Assembly: GCA_002415855.1 (NCBI GenBank)
Contig: DIAS01000040.1
Coordinates: 32,114-96,113 of the forward strand
Origin: Bacteroidales bacterium UBA5072
GTDB lineage: Bacteria > Bacteroidota > Bacteroidia > Bacteroidales > UBA10428
DNA length: 64,000 bases
Direction: 5' to 3'
Shown: positions 1-10,305 of the stretch, one piece after another
Position numbering within the stretch: position 1 is the stretch's first letter
How the letters are laid out: each line of letters starts with the position of its first letter
The notes under the pieces: model-generated
What the model was told of the DNA's origin: nothing
The model's database searches: none
The model's input: the letters and a program-made list of their open reading frames with translations, nothing else
Program-made: the position numbers and the translations under genes

Positions 1-1
1 G

Positions 2-799
2 AAATTCCTGGGCCCCGGAGAGGTAGTACGGTTGATGGCCGACGGCTATGAGCAGTTGCGCAGTCCTAATGAAAAAATGCAGGTTTGTTCCTTTCTGTGG
101 GTTTACTACGGTTATCCGCCCTCCTTTTACGAGGGTATCAATGTGGATGAAACCCGCTACCGTTGCGGGGCTGCACTTGCAAAAAGGGATTCAGTGGAAG
201 CAGATTTCGTTGCCGGGATCCCTGATTCGGGGTTGGGGCATGCCATAGGCTATGCCAATGCCAAGGGCATCCCGCTGAAACGTCCCTACGCCAAGTATAC
301 ACCAACCTGGCCACGTAGTTTTATGCCACAAAATCAGGTTACCCGTGACCTGGTGGCGCGTATGAAGCTGATAGCCAACCAATCGGTGATTAAGGACAAA
401 AGCGGTGTCTTTTTGGATGACTCAATCGTACGCGGAACGCAACTGAAGGACAATGTCCGCGACTTGCATAAGGCCGGCATCAAAGAGGTTCATATGCGTA
501 TCGCATGCCCTCCCCTTACTTACCCCTGCGAGTTTCTGAACTTCAGCCGGTCACGGTCAAATCTCGATCTGGCCACCCACAAGGCTGTCAGGCAAATCGA
601 GGGGAAAGATGAGTTCGATATGGGGGACTATTCTGATATCAGGAACGGGAAGTATACCGCCATGGTGGAACAGATCAGAAAAAACCTGAACCTTACCACA
701 CTGGTGTATCAAAAGCTCGACGATCTGGTTGAGGCTATTGGAATTCCCAAGGAAAAGCTCTGCACGCACTGCTGGGATGGTTCGAGCTATTACCAGTAG
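2..799 (+). CDS. purF: amidophosphoribosyltransferase, C-terminal portion (5' end outside window)
   Basis: The frame is open from base 2 with no stop before the listed TTG/ATG at 32/35, so the gene is cut by the window edge. It has the PRPP-binding loop VFLDDSIVRGTQ and the GIPDSGLGHAIGYA block typical of the PurF PRTase domain. Confidence 0.85.
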   Translation, partial: KFLGPGEVVRLMADGYEQLRSPNEKMQVCSFLWVYYGYPPSFYEGINVDETRYRCGAALAKRDSVEADFVAGIPDSGLGHAIGYANAKGIPLKRPYAKYTPTWPRSFMPQNQVTRDLVARMKLIANQSVIKDKSGVFLDDSIVRGTQLKDNVRDLHKAGIKEVHMRIACPPLTYPCEFLNFSRSRSNLDLATHKAVRQIEGKDEFDMGDYSDIRNGKYTAMVEQIRKNLNLTTLVYQKLDDLVEAIGIPKEKLCTHCWDGSSYYQ

Positions 800-846
800 T
801 GCGGATTATCTTGTTTTCGATGGTAAATCCGTTTGTGATCCCTGCT

Positions 847-1254
847 TCACGAATTCCGGGTCAAATGTTTTTCCATAACCTTAAAAAAGGATTCCATCGA
901 AAACGGCTTAACGATCACGTCATTACATCCAGCCTGTAACGCCTGTTCCTCTTCTTCAGGCGATAAAGCGGCAGTCTGGGCAATTACAGGGATACGCTGG
1001 TCCTGCATCCGGATCTTTCGGGTGACCTCTTTCCCGTTCATATCAGGTAACTGAATATCCATGAGTATCAGATCAAAGTTCGCATCGTTGTGATACTGTT
1101 CCAGGGCATCCATACCACTTTTTACACGGATAAAGGAACATTTTGACAGTTTCAGCAACTGGTTCAGATAAAGAAAGCTGAGGTCATCGTCCTCTACAAC
1201 AAGAAGTCTTTTATTCTCAAGATTAAGCAGGGTCATATAAAACCTATTGGGCAT
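847..1254 (-). CDS. stand-alone response regulator receiver protein (CheY-like)
   Basis: Receiver signatures are present: an acidic cluster VVEDDD, the phospho-acceptor Asp in LILMDIQLPDMNG, and conserved T (AQTA) and K (VIVKPF). At 135 aa it has no output domain. Confidence 0.85.
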   Translation of the reverse strand: MPNRFYMTLLNLENKRLLVVEDDDLSFLYLNQLLKLSKCSFIRVKSGMDALEQYHNDANFDLILMDIQLPDMNGKEVTRKIRMQDQRIPVIAQTAALSPEEEEQALQAGCNDVIVKPFSMESFFKVMEKHLTRNS

Positions 1255-1295
1255 TTCAGCGTAAATGTATAAAAAATCGTACTTTTGGCAACACC

Positions 1296-2618
1296 ATGAA
1301 AAAAGACATTCTTTCCCGGTTAGTTCAGTTTTTCGAAAAGGATATCTGGAAAATATCCACCAAAGATAAACATCCTGTTTTCAGTTTCCTGGTCAGGCAG
1401 GGCCGTATTTTTTTCATTGCCGTCAGGGGATTCAACAAGGACAAGATCCAACTCAGGGCATCCGCACTATCCTTTTATACCCTGCTTTCCATTGTCCCGG
1501 TACTGGCAATGGTCTTCGGTATTTCACAGGGATTTGGCCTCGAGGATTATGTTAAGAAAGTTCTGACAGAGCGTTTCCAGGAACACGAGGATATGCTTAA
1601 GGTGCTGCTGGAATTCGTCGACAGGTACCTGAGCCGGATCAACGGTGGCTTTATTACCGGCATGGGTATGCTTATTTTGTTCTGGTCGGTGCTGAAAGTG
1701 CTCGGGAATATCGAAAGCTCCTTCAACAACATATGGCAGGTAAAGAAAACGCGGATGATCACACGGCAGTTTACCGATTACATATCCCTGCTGGTTGTTG
1801 CACCTGTTTTCCTGGTGCTGGCGAGCAGTTTTAATGTCTCACAGCTGCAAAGCATCTCCAGCAGCATTCCATTTCTGCATTACCTCGACTCGGTGCTGAA
1901 GGTGCTGGTCACCATGTTGTCCTATACCCTGGTATGGTTTGTATTTACGCTGATATACATAGTTATTCCGAATACCAAGGTCAGGTTTGTGCCGGCCCTG
2001 ATCGCAGGAATCATTGCAGGAACAATGTTCCAGTTGCTGCAATGGGGCTATGTCAACTTTCAGTCGTTATTATCAGGTTACGGGGCCATCTACGGCACAT
2101 TTGCCGCCTTACCCCTGTTCATGATGTGGATGGAGCTGAGCTGGCTCATTGTTTTGCTGGGTGCCGAGATTTCCTTTGCCTATCAGAATGCTGCCAACTA
2201 TGAACAGGAAGCGGAAGAAATACAGGTCAGCCTGAAGCAACGAAGGGTACTTGTACTGTTGGTGGCTCAAAAGATCGTCAGAAACTTCACCGATGGCCTT
2301 GCGCCCATGAATGCTGCTGCCATTGCTGAACAATTGGGAATTCCGGTACGGATAGTGCGTGATTTGCTTTACGAGCTCCTGAATGCAAGGATAATCATTG
2401 AAACAGTAACGCATGAGGTGCGGGAAGTTGCCTACCAGCCGGCTCTTGATCCGGCAAAGATAACGGTGAGCTTCGTGATTGACGCCCTTGACAGGCAGGG
2501 TCAACTGGTTACGCTAAACAATGATACTGCGGAACTGGGAAGGATCAACCTGGTGGTCGAATCATTCTATGATGATCTGAAGAATTCAGGGAAGAACACA
2601 ACCCTGAAAGAGCTCTGA
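1296..2618 (+). CDS. YihY/BrkB family membrane protein with C-terminal soluble extension
   Basis: Multi-pass hydrophobic core with YihY-type blocks (LSFYTLLSIVPVLAMVFG, ALPLFMMWMELSWLIVLLGAEISFAYQN). The last ~120 aa are soluble and look helix-turn-helix-like (AAIAEQLGIPVRIVRDLLYEL). Confidence 0.7.
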   Translation: MKKDILSRLVQFFEKDIWKISTKDKHPVFSFLVRQGRIFFIAVRGFNKDKIQLRASALSFYTLLSIVPVLAMVFGISQGFGLEDYVKKVLTERFQEHEDMLKVLLEFVDRYLSRINGGFITGMGMLILFWSVLKVLGNIESSFNNIWQVKKTRMITRQFTDYISLLVVAPVFLVLASSFNVSQLQSISSSIPFLHYLDSVLKVLVTMLSYTLVWFVFTLIYIVIPNTKVRFVPALIAGIIAGTMFQLLQWGYVNFQSLLSGYGAIYGTFAALPLFMMWMELSWLIVLLGAEISFAYQNAANYEQEAEEIQVSLKQRRVLVLLVAQKIVRNFTDGLAPMNAAAIAEQLGIPVRIVRDLLYELLNARIIIETVTHEVREVAYQPALDPAKITVSFVIDALDRQGQLVTLNNDTAELGRINLVVESFYDDLKNSGKNTTLKEL

Positions 2619-2731
2619 TCCATCAGTGGTAATCCAGTGATGTCTTCTAACACTCTGTAAACCAGGTATTTCCGACATGTAAGCAATCTGCCGTCACCGG
2701 TGTGATACAGGCTCATGCCAGCGCCGGATAG

Positions 2732-3811
2732 TTATCTTTTAACCCTTGCATTGCCTTCCCAAATACTCCATACCTGTTCTTCATCGGCAGGTTGTGCATA
2801 ATCCGTGAGGAAGGTTGTGGCCATGGCACCGCTCGCCCAGCCGAATTCAATCCATTTCTGCGCTTTCCAGCCTTTTAATATGGCGTAAAGCATACCACCC
2901 ACAAAGCCATCTCCACCCCCGATGCGGTCAAGCACTGCAATCTCGCGAGGTTCAACAACATGCCACTGATCACCCACCAGCATGATGGCTCCCCACTTGT
3001 GCCGGTTCGCATCAATTACCTGTCTCAGCGTTGTAGCAAAAACCCTGGCATTGGGGAATTTCTTTCCCGCACGGTCGATCATTCCCTTGAAGCCTTGTAT
3101 CTTGTCTGCAATATCCTTCCCTCCTGCTTCAGGCCCCTCAATGCCCAGACACAACTGAAAATCCTCCTCATTACCGACCAAAATATCCGATATACCGGCG
3201 ATTTCAGTGAAAATAGCACGAAGCTCCTGCTCACGTCCCTTCCAGAAGGAGGCCCTGTAATTGAGATCAAAGGAAATCCGGGTACCGTATTTTTTGGCAG
3301 CCCTGGCCAATTCGAGACAGAATGTGCTTGTTTCTGCCGACAGTGCGCCGATTAAACCCGATAAATGGACAATCTGCACGCCTTCATTTTTAAAAATCCT
3401 TTCCAGGTCAAAATCATGCACACTAAGCGTGCGCCCCACCTCACCGGCACGATCGTTTAAAACCCTCGGACCGCGGGATCCATAGCCGCTGTCTGCTATA
3501 TTAAACTGGTGACGGTAACCCCACGGGTCACCTTGTTCAACTTCTTTTCCTTCAAAAGCCAGGTGCCGACTCGCGAGGCTGTTCTTAATGAACTGCGCAA
3601 CTGGACTGTCCTTGACAAAAGTAGTAAGAACCTTAACCGGAAGGCCAAGATACGACGAAATGCTGGCCACATTGGTTTCGGCACTTGTAGCCTGCATAGT
3701 ATATAATTCACTGCTTTGCACCGGCTGCCCGTTTAAAGGTGTGATGCGAATACCCATACTGGTAGGGACAAGTAAGGAAAATACACAGTTTTTCTTAAGT
3801 TCAATTTCCAT
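2732..3811 (-). CDS. PfkB-family sugar kinase (2-dehydro-3-deoxygluconokinase-like)
   Basis: Ribokinase/PfkB fold markers are present, including the C-terminal nucleotide/anion-hole motif DRIGGGDGFVGG. Length is 359 aa. Substrate is not assignable from sequence alone. Confidence 0.7.
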   Translation of the reverse strand: MEIELKKNCVFSLLVPTSMGIRITPLNGQPVQSSELYTMQATSAETNVASISSYLGLPVKVLTTFVKDSPVAQFIKNSLASRHLAFEGKEVEQGDPWGYRHQFNIADSGYGSRGPRVLNDRAGEVGRTLSVHDFDLERIFKNEGVQIVHLSGLIGALSAETSTFCLELARAAKKYGTRISFDLNYRASFWKGREQELRAIFTEIAGISDILVGNEEDFQLCLGIEGPEAGGKDIADKIQGFKGMIDRAGKKFPNARVFATTLRQVIDANRHKWGAIMLVGDQWHVVEPREIAVLDRIGGGDGFVGGMLYAILKGWKAQKWIEFGWASGAMATTFLTDYAQPADEEQVWSIWEGNARVKR

Positions 3812-3941
3812 GGTTACAACAATTATGATAGCGTGTTCAAAGATAATTATTTGGTGGAACTGTGGAATGGTGGATCAATGAAAAGGTTGAACAGTACAAA
3901 ATATACTTTATCTTTAACGCTTTATTTGAACACATCAGCGT

Positions 3942-6038
3942 ATGAAACACTATCTTGTTATTACAGCATTCTCGCTTATGATGACATTATTGGGCTGCAA
4001 TGAAAACAATCAGGAAAACCGTCCGCGGGAGGAAGGTGATTTCCTCAACCAGTTGACAGAACAGGAAATCAGCGGAGGAAAGCTTACGGCTGAGTTGTTG
4101 TGGAAATTCGGCCGGGTAGGCGATATGCAGCTTTCTCCCGACGGAAAGACTGTCTTGTATACGGTTACCCGTTATGATGCAAAAACCGATAAAAAACACA
4201 CCTGGATTTTTTCAGTTCCGTCGGAGGGCGGACAGTCATTTAACATGACTGATGGGTTGCCTTCATGTGTTAATCCCCGTTGGATAAACAACTCCGCCAT
4301 AGCCTTTCTATCCAAAGAAAAGGAAACCATGCAGATTTGGAGAATGAATGCTGACGGATCGGATAAGACCGTTATTTCAGAAATTGAAGGCGATGTGAAC
4401 GGATTTGAATTTGCACCGGACGGCAGTCACCTTTTCTATCTCCAGGATGTAAAGATGGACTCTGCTGTCCAGGACAGGTACCCGGATCTTCCGTTGGCCA
4501 AAGGACTTGTTTTTGATGATTTGATGTACAGACATTGGGATGCATGGACAGATTATGCATACAGCCACATCTTCGTGACCCGGTTTACAGATGGCAGGAT
4601 CAGCAAAGGCGCGGATATCCTGATAGGAGAGCACTATGATTCCCCGCTCCCACCCTATTTTGATATCGCCGACATAGCCTGGAGTCCTGATGGGGTGAAA
4701 CTGGCCTATTCCTGCAAGAAACTAAAAGGAAAGGATTTTGCCATAAGCACCAATAGTGATATATATCTTTATGATGTTGAAGGAAATACAACTGAGAATA
4801 TCACCGATGGAATGGCAGGATATGACCGCTACCCGGTGTTTTCTCCTGACAGCAGAAAGATTGCCTTTATGAGCATGGAAACTCCCGGATACGAGGCCGA
4901 CAAAGAAAGGCTTTTCATTTACGATATAGAAAACAGGACCAGGGAATATGTTACTTCCCGGTTCGATCAGAATGCAGAACATTATGTTTGGAGTTCCGAC
5001 AGCCGGAAGCTTTACTTTATCAGCGGCACACAGGCTACTTACCAGGTGTATGAAGCTGTTCCGGAAAACGGCGGGATCCGCCAGGTTACGAAAGGCGAAC
5101 ACGATTTTACGAGTATTGCCCTTAGCAGCAATGTAATGACAGGTACCAAGAGTACCTTATCCATGGCCCCGGAGATCTACCGGATAGATCCGGGAACGGG
5201 TCAGGAGACTCAGCTTACTTTTGTCAACAAAAACATTTACGATGTGATCAGGACCGGAAAGGTCGAAGAAAAGCGGGTAAAAACTACCGACGGCAAAGAT
5301 ATGCTGGTATGGGTTGTATTTCCGCCTGATTTCAATCCTTCAGAAAAATACCCGGCCCTGCTGTATTGTCAGGGGGGACCTCAAAGCGCTGTTTCCCAGC
5401 GTTTCTCCTACCGCTGGAATCTTCAGTTGATGGCAGCCAACGGATATATTGTTGTGGCTCCCAACCGGAGAGGTCTACCTACCTTCGGGCAGAAATGGAA
5501 TGAACAAATATCGGGTGATTACGGGGGTCAGAATATCAGGGATTACCTGAGTGCCATTGATGCCGTTAAAAAAGAACCCTATGTGGATGCGGACAGGCTG
5601 GGCGCTGTTGGGGCCAGCTATGGCGGTTACTCGGTACTTTACCTGGCAGGTATGCATGAAAAACGGTTCAAGGTGTTCATTGCACATTGCGGGATGTTCA
5701 ACCTCGAAAGCCAGTCCGCTGCAACGGAGGAAATGTTCTTTGTCCACCATGACCTTGGCGGCTATTACTGGGACAAACCCAAGCCTAAAAGCTTCACACA
5801 GTTCTCGCCCCATTTGTACGTGGATAAATGGGATACACCCATCATGCTGATCACCGGGGCCAATGACTTTCGCATTCCCTACACAGAAAGCCTGCAGGCT
5901 TTTAATGTGGCCCAGCTCCGTGGCATACCCAGCAGACTGCTGTTTTATCCCGACGAAGGTCACTGGGTAATGAAACCTCAGAACAGCATTCTCTGGCAAA
6001 GAGAGTTTTTCGGCTGGCTGGATCAGTGGTTGAAATAG
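3942..6038 (+). CDS. S9 family serine peptidase (prolyl oligopeptidase/dipeptidyl-peptidase type), lipoprotein
   Basis: Lipobox MTLLGC. An N-terminal beta-propeller-like region (repeated SPDG/APDG/SSDS turns) is followed by an alpha/beta hydrolase domain with the nucleophile elbow GASYGGY and a distal PDEGHW His. Confidence 0.85.
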   Translation: MKHYLVITAFSLMMTLLGCNENNQENRPREEGDFLNQLTEQEISGGKLTAELLWKFGRVGDMQLSPDGKTVLYTVTRYDAKTDKKHTWIFSVPSEGGQSFNMTDGLPSCVNPRWINNSAIAFLSKEKETMQIWRMNADGSDKTVISEIEGDVNGFEFAPDGSHLFYLQDVKMDSAVQDRYPDLPLAKGLVFDDLMYRHWDAWTDYAYSHIFVTRFTDGRISKGADILIGEHYDSPLPPYFDIADIAWSPDGVKLAYSCKKLKGKDFAISTNSDIYLYDVEGNTTENITDGMAGYDRYPVFSPDSRKIAFMSMETPGYEADKERLFIYDIENRTREYVTSRFDQNAEHYVWSSDSRKLYFISGTQATYQVYEAVPENGGIRQVTKGEHDFTSIALSSNVMTGTKSTLSMAPEIYRIDPGTGQETQLTFVNKNIYDVIRTGKVEEKRVKTTDGKDMLVWVVFPPDFNPSEKYPALLYCQGGPQSAVSQRFSYRWNLQLMAANGYIVVAPNRRGLPTFGQKWNEQISGDYGGQNIRDYLSAIDAVKKEPYVDADRLGAVGASYGGYSVLYLAGMHEKRFKVFIAHCGMFNLESQSAATEEMFFVHHDLGGYYWDKPKPKSFTQFSPHLYVDKWDTPIMLITGANDFRIPYTESLQAFNVAQLRGIPSRLLFYPDEGHWVMKPQNSILWQREFFGWLDQWLK

Positions 6039-6117
6039 GGACCAGCGACGAGAGACGAGAGGGTTTTGGGTATTGAATTAGGAATTAGGAATTGATCATT
6101 AAATACTTCCAGAACAT

Positions 6118-6843
6118 ATGCACAGTATTGGTAAGTTTTTCGCCCTGATACCAGTGGTTTTTCCATGGGTCCTTCTGGGACAGGGCGCTGCAATTCCAAA
6201 CCCGGCGGATAGCGTACTGACTATTGCCAGGTGTGCCGATTTTAGTGTATCAGGAGACGGCAGTAATCCTGAATGGACTAAGGCACAATGGATAACGTTC
6301 GGCCAACGCGGTTCAAATGCATCTTACAAAACAATGTTTAAGATCCTGTATTCCGGAAAGGGTATTTATTGTCTTTTTTTCTGTGAAGACCAAAAAATCT
6401 CAGCAACCCTGCAGGGTGAGAACCAGGATCTTTATCGTGAGGATGTTGTTGAGGCTTTCTTTTGGGCAGATGAACGTATTCCGGTCTATTTCGAATATGA
6501 ACTGTCCCCGTTGAATTATGAATTGGTGCTCATGGTGCCGAACTATGACGGCAGATTCCTCGGATGGATTCCTTGGCATTACAGCGGGGAAAGGGTTACA
6601 CAACATGCTGTTCACCTGGAACCGGGACAAGAAAAGAACAGAACAACATCCTGGACAGGTGAATTCTTCCTTCCATATGAACTGATGAGACCCATGGTGC
6701 AGGCAGCGCCAGAAAAAGGTACGCGTTGGCGCGCCAATTTCTACAGAATTGATTACGACAACCGTCCCGCCCGGTGGTCATGGATGCCTGTTCAAAGCAA
6801 TTTCCACGATTATGTGCGATTCGGAACTATCCTGTTTAATTGA
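6118..6843 (+). CDS. carbohydrate-binding family 9-like (CBM9/DOMON-like) secreted protein
   Basis: Signal peptide MHSIGKFFALIPVVFPWVLLGQG. The blocks YREDVVEAFF, FEYELSPLN and WRANFYRIDYD resemble CBM9-like domain proteins. No catalytic motif was recognised. Confidence 0.55.
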   Translation: MHSIGKFFALIPVVFPWVLLGQGAAIPNPADSVLTIARCADFSVSGDGSNPEWTKAQWITFGQRGSNASYKTMFKILYSGKGIYCLFFCEDQKISATLQGENQDLYREDVVEAFFWADERIPVYFEYELSPLNYELVLMVPNYDGRFLGWIPWHYSGERVTQHAVHLEPGQEKNRTTSWTGEFFLPYELMRPMVQAAPEKGTRWRANFYRIDYDNRPARWSWMPVQSNFHDYVRFGTILFN

Positions 6844-7038
6844 TTCCATGCTGAGATTGTTCAATGATAAGAACATCCGATCCTTACATCTCCTCAAGAC
6901 CTGTACCTTTACCCCAAAGCTGCCCGATATCATCTTGACCAGGCACATGCCACGCTCAAGGCCTGACAGGCATGCCGGTTCCGACTGGTAACCGAATTCA
7001 CCGGCAAAATCTCATGCCCATTCAAAGGTTAAAAATCC

Positions 7039-7089
7039 GTAAACCATGGAAACTTTTTATATATAATTAGTTTCCTAAGTATTTTTAGT
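7039..7089 (+). promoter_or_regulatory. candidate promoter/operator of the tetR-efflux operon
   Basis: Inverted repeat GGAAACT (7039-7045) / AGTTTCC (7060-7066) with a 14-nt AT spacer, followed by TATCTTTG (7082-7089). The latter matches the Bacteroidota -7 consensus TAnnTTTG and lies 13 nt before the tetR ATG. Confidence 0.35.
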
Positions 7090-7102
7090 TTATCTTTGCA
7101 TC

Positions 7103-7723
7103 ATGCATGAAGAATTAAACAATATCCTCCAGCGGGTACACACACTTTACCGGAAGTACGGCATAAAGAGCGTTACGATGGACGACGTATCGCGTGAATT
7201 AGGCATTTCAAAGAAAACGCTTTACCAGTATGTCCATGATAAAGACGAGTTGGTCAGAAAGGTGATTGAATTTGAGCTCTCCCAACACCAGGGACATTAT
7301 CATGAGAGCTTACGGGAAAAGCTGAATGCCATTGAGGAACTGGCTGAAATTGCCAGGTGCATCAGTTTTATGCTGAAGGAATACAGTCCGGTTACAGAGT
7401 ATGACCTCAGAAAGTATTATCCAGATCTCTATTTCCGGGCACGTGAAATCAGGCGTGAACGGATCCACAAGTTCATCCTGGACAACCTGATCAAGGGGAA
7501 GAAAGAAGGATTATACCGTGAGAACCTGAACACAGATATATTGGCCAAGTTCAGTCTGTCCAACATCGACGGCATGTTCGAAAGCGATATCATCACCATC
7601 AGTGAATTCCTTGACCAGCAGTTTTTTCTCGAGTATTTTGTTTATCACCTGCGTGGAATTGTAAGTGAGAAGGGGTTGGCCATACTCGACAGCACACTTC
7701 GAACCTATGAGATTGTGATATAA
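7103..7723 (+). CDS. TetR/AcrR family transcriptional regulator
   Basis: N-terminal HTH VTMDDVSRELGISKKTLYQYVHDKDEL. At 206 aa it sits directly upstream of the efflux genes. Confidence 0.9.
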   Translation: MHEELNNILQRVHTLYRKYGIKSVTMDDVSRELGISKKTLYQYVHDKDELVRKVIEFELSQHQGHYHESLREKLNAIEELAEIARCISFMLKEYSPVTEYDLRKYYPDLYFRAREIRRERIHKFILDNLIKGKKEGLYRENLNTDILAKFSLSNIDGMFESDIITISEFLDQQFFLEYFVYHLRGIVSEKGLAILDSTLRTYEIVI

Positions 7724-7821
7724 AAGGAGGAGAATACTGAAGGAAAGAAGGATCGAAACCGATGATCAGCACGAATAACATTATAAATAGTATAGGATAA
7801 CCACAAGAAAAACAACATACA

Positions 7822-9147
7822 ATGAGAATAACACCTTTTTTATTTGCGATGCTATTATCCTATCTGGCAATCCCTCTGGATGCCCAGATAATGCCCGTTG
7901 AAAAGACATTGCAGTTCTCCCTTGGAGAAGCAAAAGATTATGCGTTGACCAACAGTCCGATCCTGCTGAATTCAGCACGCGACGTTGAGATAGCCAAGAA
8001 ACAGGTCTGGGAAAGCACATCAATAGGACTCCCCCAGGCCAATATAAATGGATCATATTCCTATACCCCCCAGTTGGCAGGATTATCAGAGCAACTGGGC
8101 GAATTTATTCCCGATTTCGATCCCAACGCTCTGAAAACGAGCATCTTCGGGAGTTTCCAGGTTGACCAGCTGCTTTTCAGCGGACAATACCTCATCGGCG
8201 TCAAAGCTGCCAAAGTATACGCCAACATGAGTGTTCTGGCCAATACCAAGTCGAAAATCGGTGTAGTGGAGAACATTACCAATAATTACTTCAGTGCGCT
8301 TGTTGCCAGGCAATCAAAAAGTATTCTCGACTCTACACTGGCGGCAGTGGAAAAAACACGCTTTGAGACCGAACAGATGTACAAGAACGGTTTTGTTGAG
8401 GAAACCGATGTGGATCAGCTGAAAATACTGTCGTCAAACATAAAAAGCAGCTTATCGGTGGCCGAAAGACAAATTGATCTGATGGAAAGGTTGCTGAAGT
8501 TCCAGATGGGGTTGTCGATCGATCAGCCGATAGTTCTTACCGACAATATTGATGCGCTGGTGCTGACCATGGATGTGGAAGTTTCAGCGATTGACAGCTT
8601 TGTGCTTGACCGGAACATCGATTACAAAATAGCAAGCAACCAGGAATACCTGATGCAGCTCAATCAGCAGGTGAAAAAGTCCGAATACCTGCCTTCAGTC
8701 TCGGGCTATTACTCCTATTACAAAAGCTTCGACGACAACTTTTTTAACGACCAGTCTCCAAGCACCTTTGGCCTTTCCTTTTATGTACCGATCTTCAGCA
8801 GTGGTCAGAGAGCAGCCAGGGTAAGCCAGAGCAAGCTTTCTTATCTGAAAGCCAAGACCAATAAAGAGATTGCCGCTGAGAGCCTCAGGATACAATATCA
8901 GACTGCTCTTTCAGAATACATATCAGCCCATGACATCTATATTCTGCAAAAGGAGAACCGTGAATTGTCCCTGCGCATTTATACCAAGTCGATTACAAAA
9001 TTCAGGGAAGGAATCGGATCTAGCCTCGATCTGAACCAGACCCAGTCCCAGTATTTCGATGCTGAAGGTGTTTACTACAGGGCATTGATGTCACTGGTTT
9101 CAGCCAAGTCAAAACTGGAAAGTCTTTTAGCGAACTCTATTAACTAA
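7822..9147 (+). CDS. TolC-family outer membrane efflux protein
   Basis: Signal peptide, 441 aa, with two internally repeated coiled-coil/beta halves typical of OEP/TolC proteins. It is first in the tolC-MFP-RND series. Confidence 0.85.
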   Translation: MRITPFLFAMLLSYLAIPLDAQIMPVEKTLQFSLGEAKDYALTNSPILLNSARDVEIAKKQVWESTSIGLPQANINGSYSYTPQLAGLSEQLGEFIPDFDPNALKTSIFGSFQVDQLLFSGQYLIGVKAAKVYANMSVLANTKSKIGVVENITNNYFSALVARQSKSILDSTLAAVEKTRFETEQMYKNGFVEETDVDQLKILSSNIKSSLSVAERQIDLMERLLKFQMGLSIDQPIVLTDNIDALVLTMDVEVSAIDSFVLDRNIDYKIASNQEYLMQLNQQVKKSEYLPSVSGYYSYYKSFDDNFFNDQSPSTFGLSFYVPIFSSGQRAARVSQSKLSYLKAKTNKEIAAESLRIQYQTALSEYISAHDIYILQKENRELSLRIYTKSITKFREGIGSSLDLNQTQSQYFDAEGVYYRALMSLVSAKSKLESLLANSIN

Positions 9148-9173
9148 TTAGCAACATATAAAATCATAATAAA

Positions 9174-10286
9174 ATGAAAACCAAAGTATTAATTGTTCTT
9201 GCACTGATGATCGCTGCTGCCTGTGGCGGCAACAAAGAATCCCGGCTTGAAGCATTAAAAAGCAAACGTGATAAAATCAACCAGTCCATTGAAAAGCTTG
9301 AAGCAGAAATTGCAGCCTCTGCAGATTCGACTTCAAAAAATGATGACGCAACCTTCGTTTCGGTTGAAGAAATTAAGACTCAGGCATTTAACCATTATAT
9401 CGAAGTACAGGGTAAACTTGACGGAGATCAGAATCTTTCGGTATTTCCCGAAGCCATGGGTGTACTGATGGAGGTCTATGCCAAAGCCGGCCAGCATGTG
9501 TATACCGGTCAGGTGCTGGCCCGGATCAATGATGCACAGTACCAGGAACAGCTCAAGTCCTTGCAAAGCACCTACCAGTTAGCCCTGGATACATACGCGA
9601 AGCAGGAAAACCTTTGGAAACAGCAGATAGGTTCGGAAATTCAATATCTCCAGGCAAAGACAAACAAAGAAGCGCTTGAATCTCAAATTGCCGGTATTAA
9701 CAAACTGATTGATATGACCCGTATTAAATCTCCCATTGACGGGACAATTGAAGAATCCATGGTTAAAGTTGGGCAATCGGTCTCTCCTTCCATGCCCGCA
9801 TTCAGGGTGGTTAATTTCAGCAATCTCAAGGTTACTGCCGATGTTGCTGAAGCCTATACTTCAAAGATCAGCAATGGCGATGAAGTGATTGTTTACCTGC
9901 CCGACGTCAAACAGGAAATCGTTGCCAAGGTAACTTTCTGCAGCAAGTACATTAATCCGGTAAACAGGACCTTTGCGGTTGAGGCGAAGTTGAATTCAAA
10001 ATCTGATAACCTGAAGGCCAACATGATCGCTGTTTTGAAGATCAATGATTACCGTGTTCCCGAGGCATTTGTACTACCTGTTAACCTGGTGCGGAACGAT
10101 AACAAGGGGCAGTATATATTACTGGCTGCCCAGGAGAATAACCAGTTTATTGCCAGAAAGACGGTTATTCAAACCGGACAGATCTATAACGGGTATACCG
10201 AAGTCATCAGCGGGCTTGAACCTGGTCAAAAGATCATCACAAGTGGTTACCTGAACCTGGAAGAAGGTGAGCCGGTGAGGTTCTAA
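9174..10286 (+). CDS. efflux RND transporter periplasmic adaptor subunit (MFP), lipoprotein
   Basis: Lipobox IAAACG. It has a coiled-coil hairpin segment, a lipoyl/beta-barrel block (IKSPIDGTI) and an HlyD-like C-terminus. It lies between tolC and the RND pump. Confidence 0.9.
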   Translation: MKTKVLIVLALMIAAACGGNKESRLEALKSKRDKINQSIEKLEAEIAASADSTSKNDDATFVSVEEIKTQAFNHYIEVQGKLDGDQNLSVFPEAMGVLMEVYAKAGQHVYTGQVLARINDAQYQEQLKSLQSTYQLALDTYAKQENLWKQQIGSEIQYLQAKTNKEALESQIAGINKLIDMTRIKSPIDGTIEESMVKVGQSVSPSMPAFRVVNFSNLKVTADVAEAYTSKISNGDEVIVYLPDVKQEIVAKVTFCSKYINPVNRTFAVEAKLNSKSDNLKANMIAVLKINDYRVPEAFVLPVNLVRNDNKGQYILLAAQENNQFIARKTVIQTGQIYNGYTEVISGLEPGQKIITSGYLNLEEGEPVRF

Positions 10287-10305
10287 TTTATAATATGCGC
10301 AGAAA

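Noticed and set aside
6049-6096. Short tandem repeats GACGAGA x2 and GAATTAG x2.5 between the S9 peptidase and the CBM9-like gene.
   Set aside because: Only two to three copies of 7-mers are present. That is too short to distinguish from chance or to assign a function.
6844-7038. About 200-nt spacer after the CBM9-like gene, with coding-like composition, listed ORF 6749-6991 (80 aa) and an imperfect GGCATGCC-centred hairpin.
   Set aside because: The ORF overlaps the end of the upstream gene and has no motif. I could not recognise a gene remnant, tRNA or riboswitch fold. There is not enough evidence for any call.
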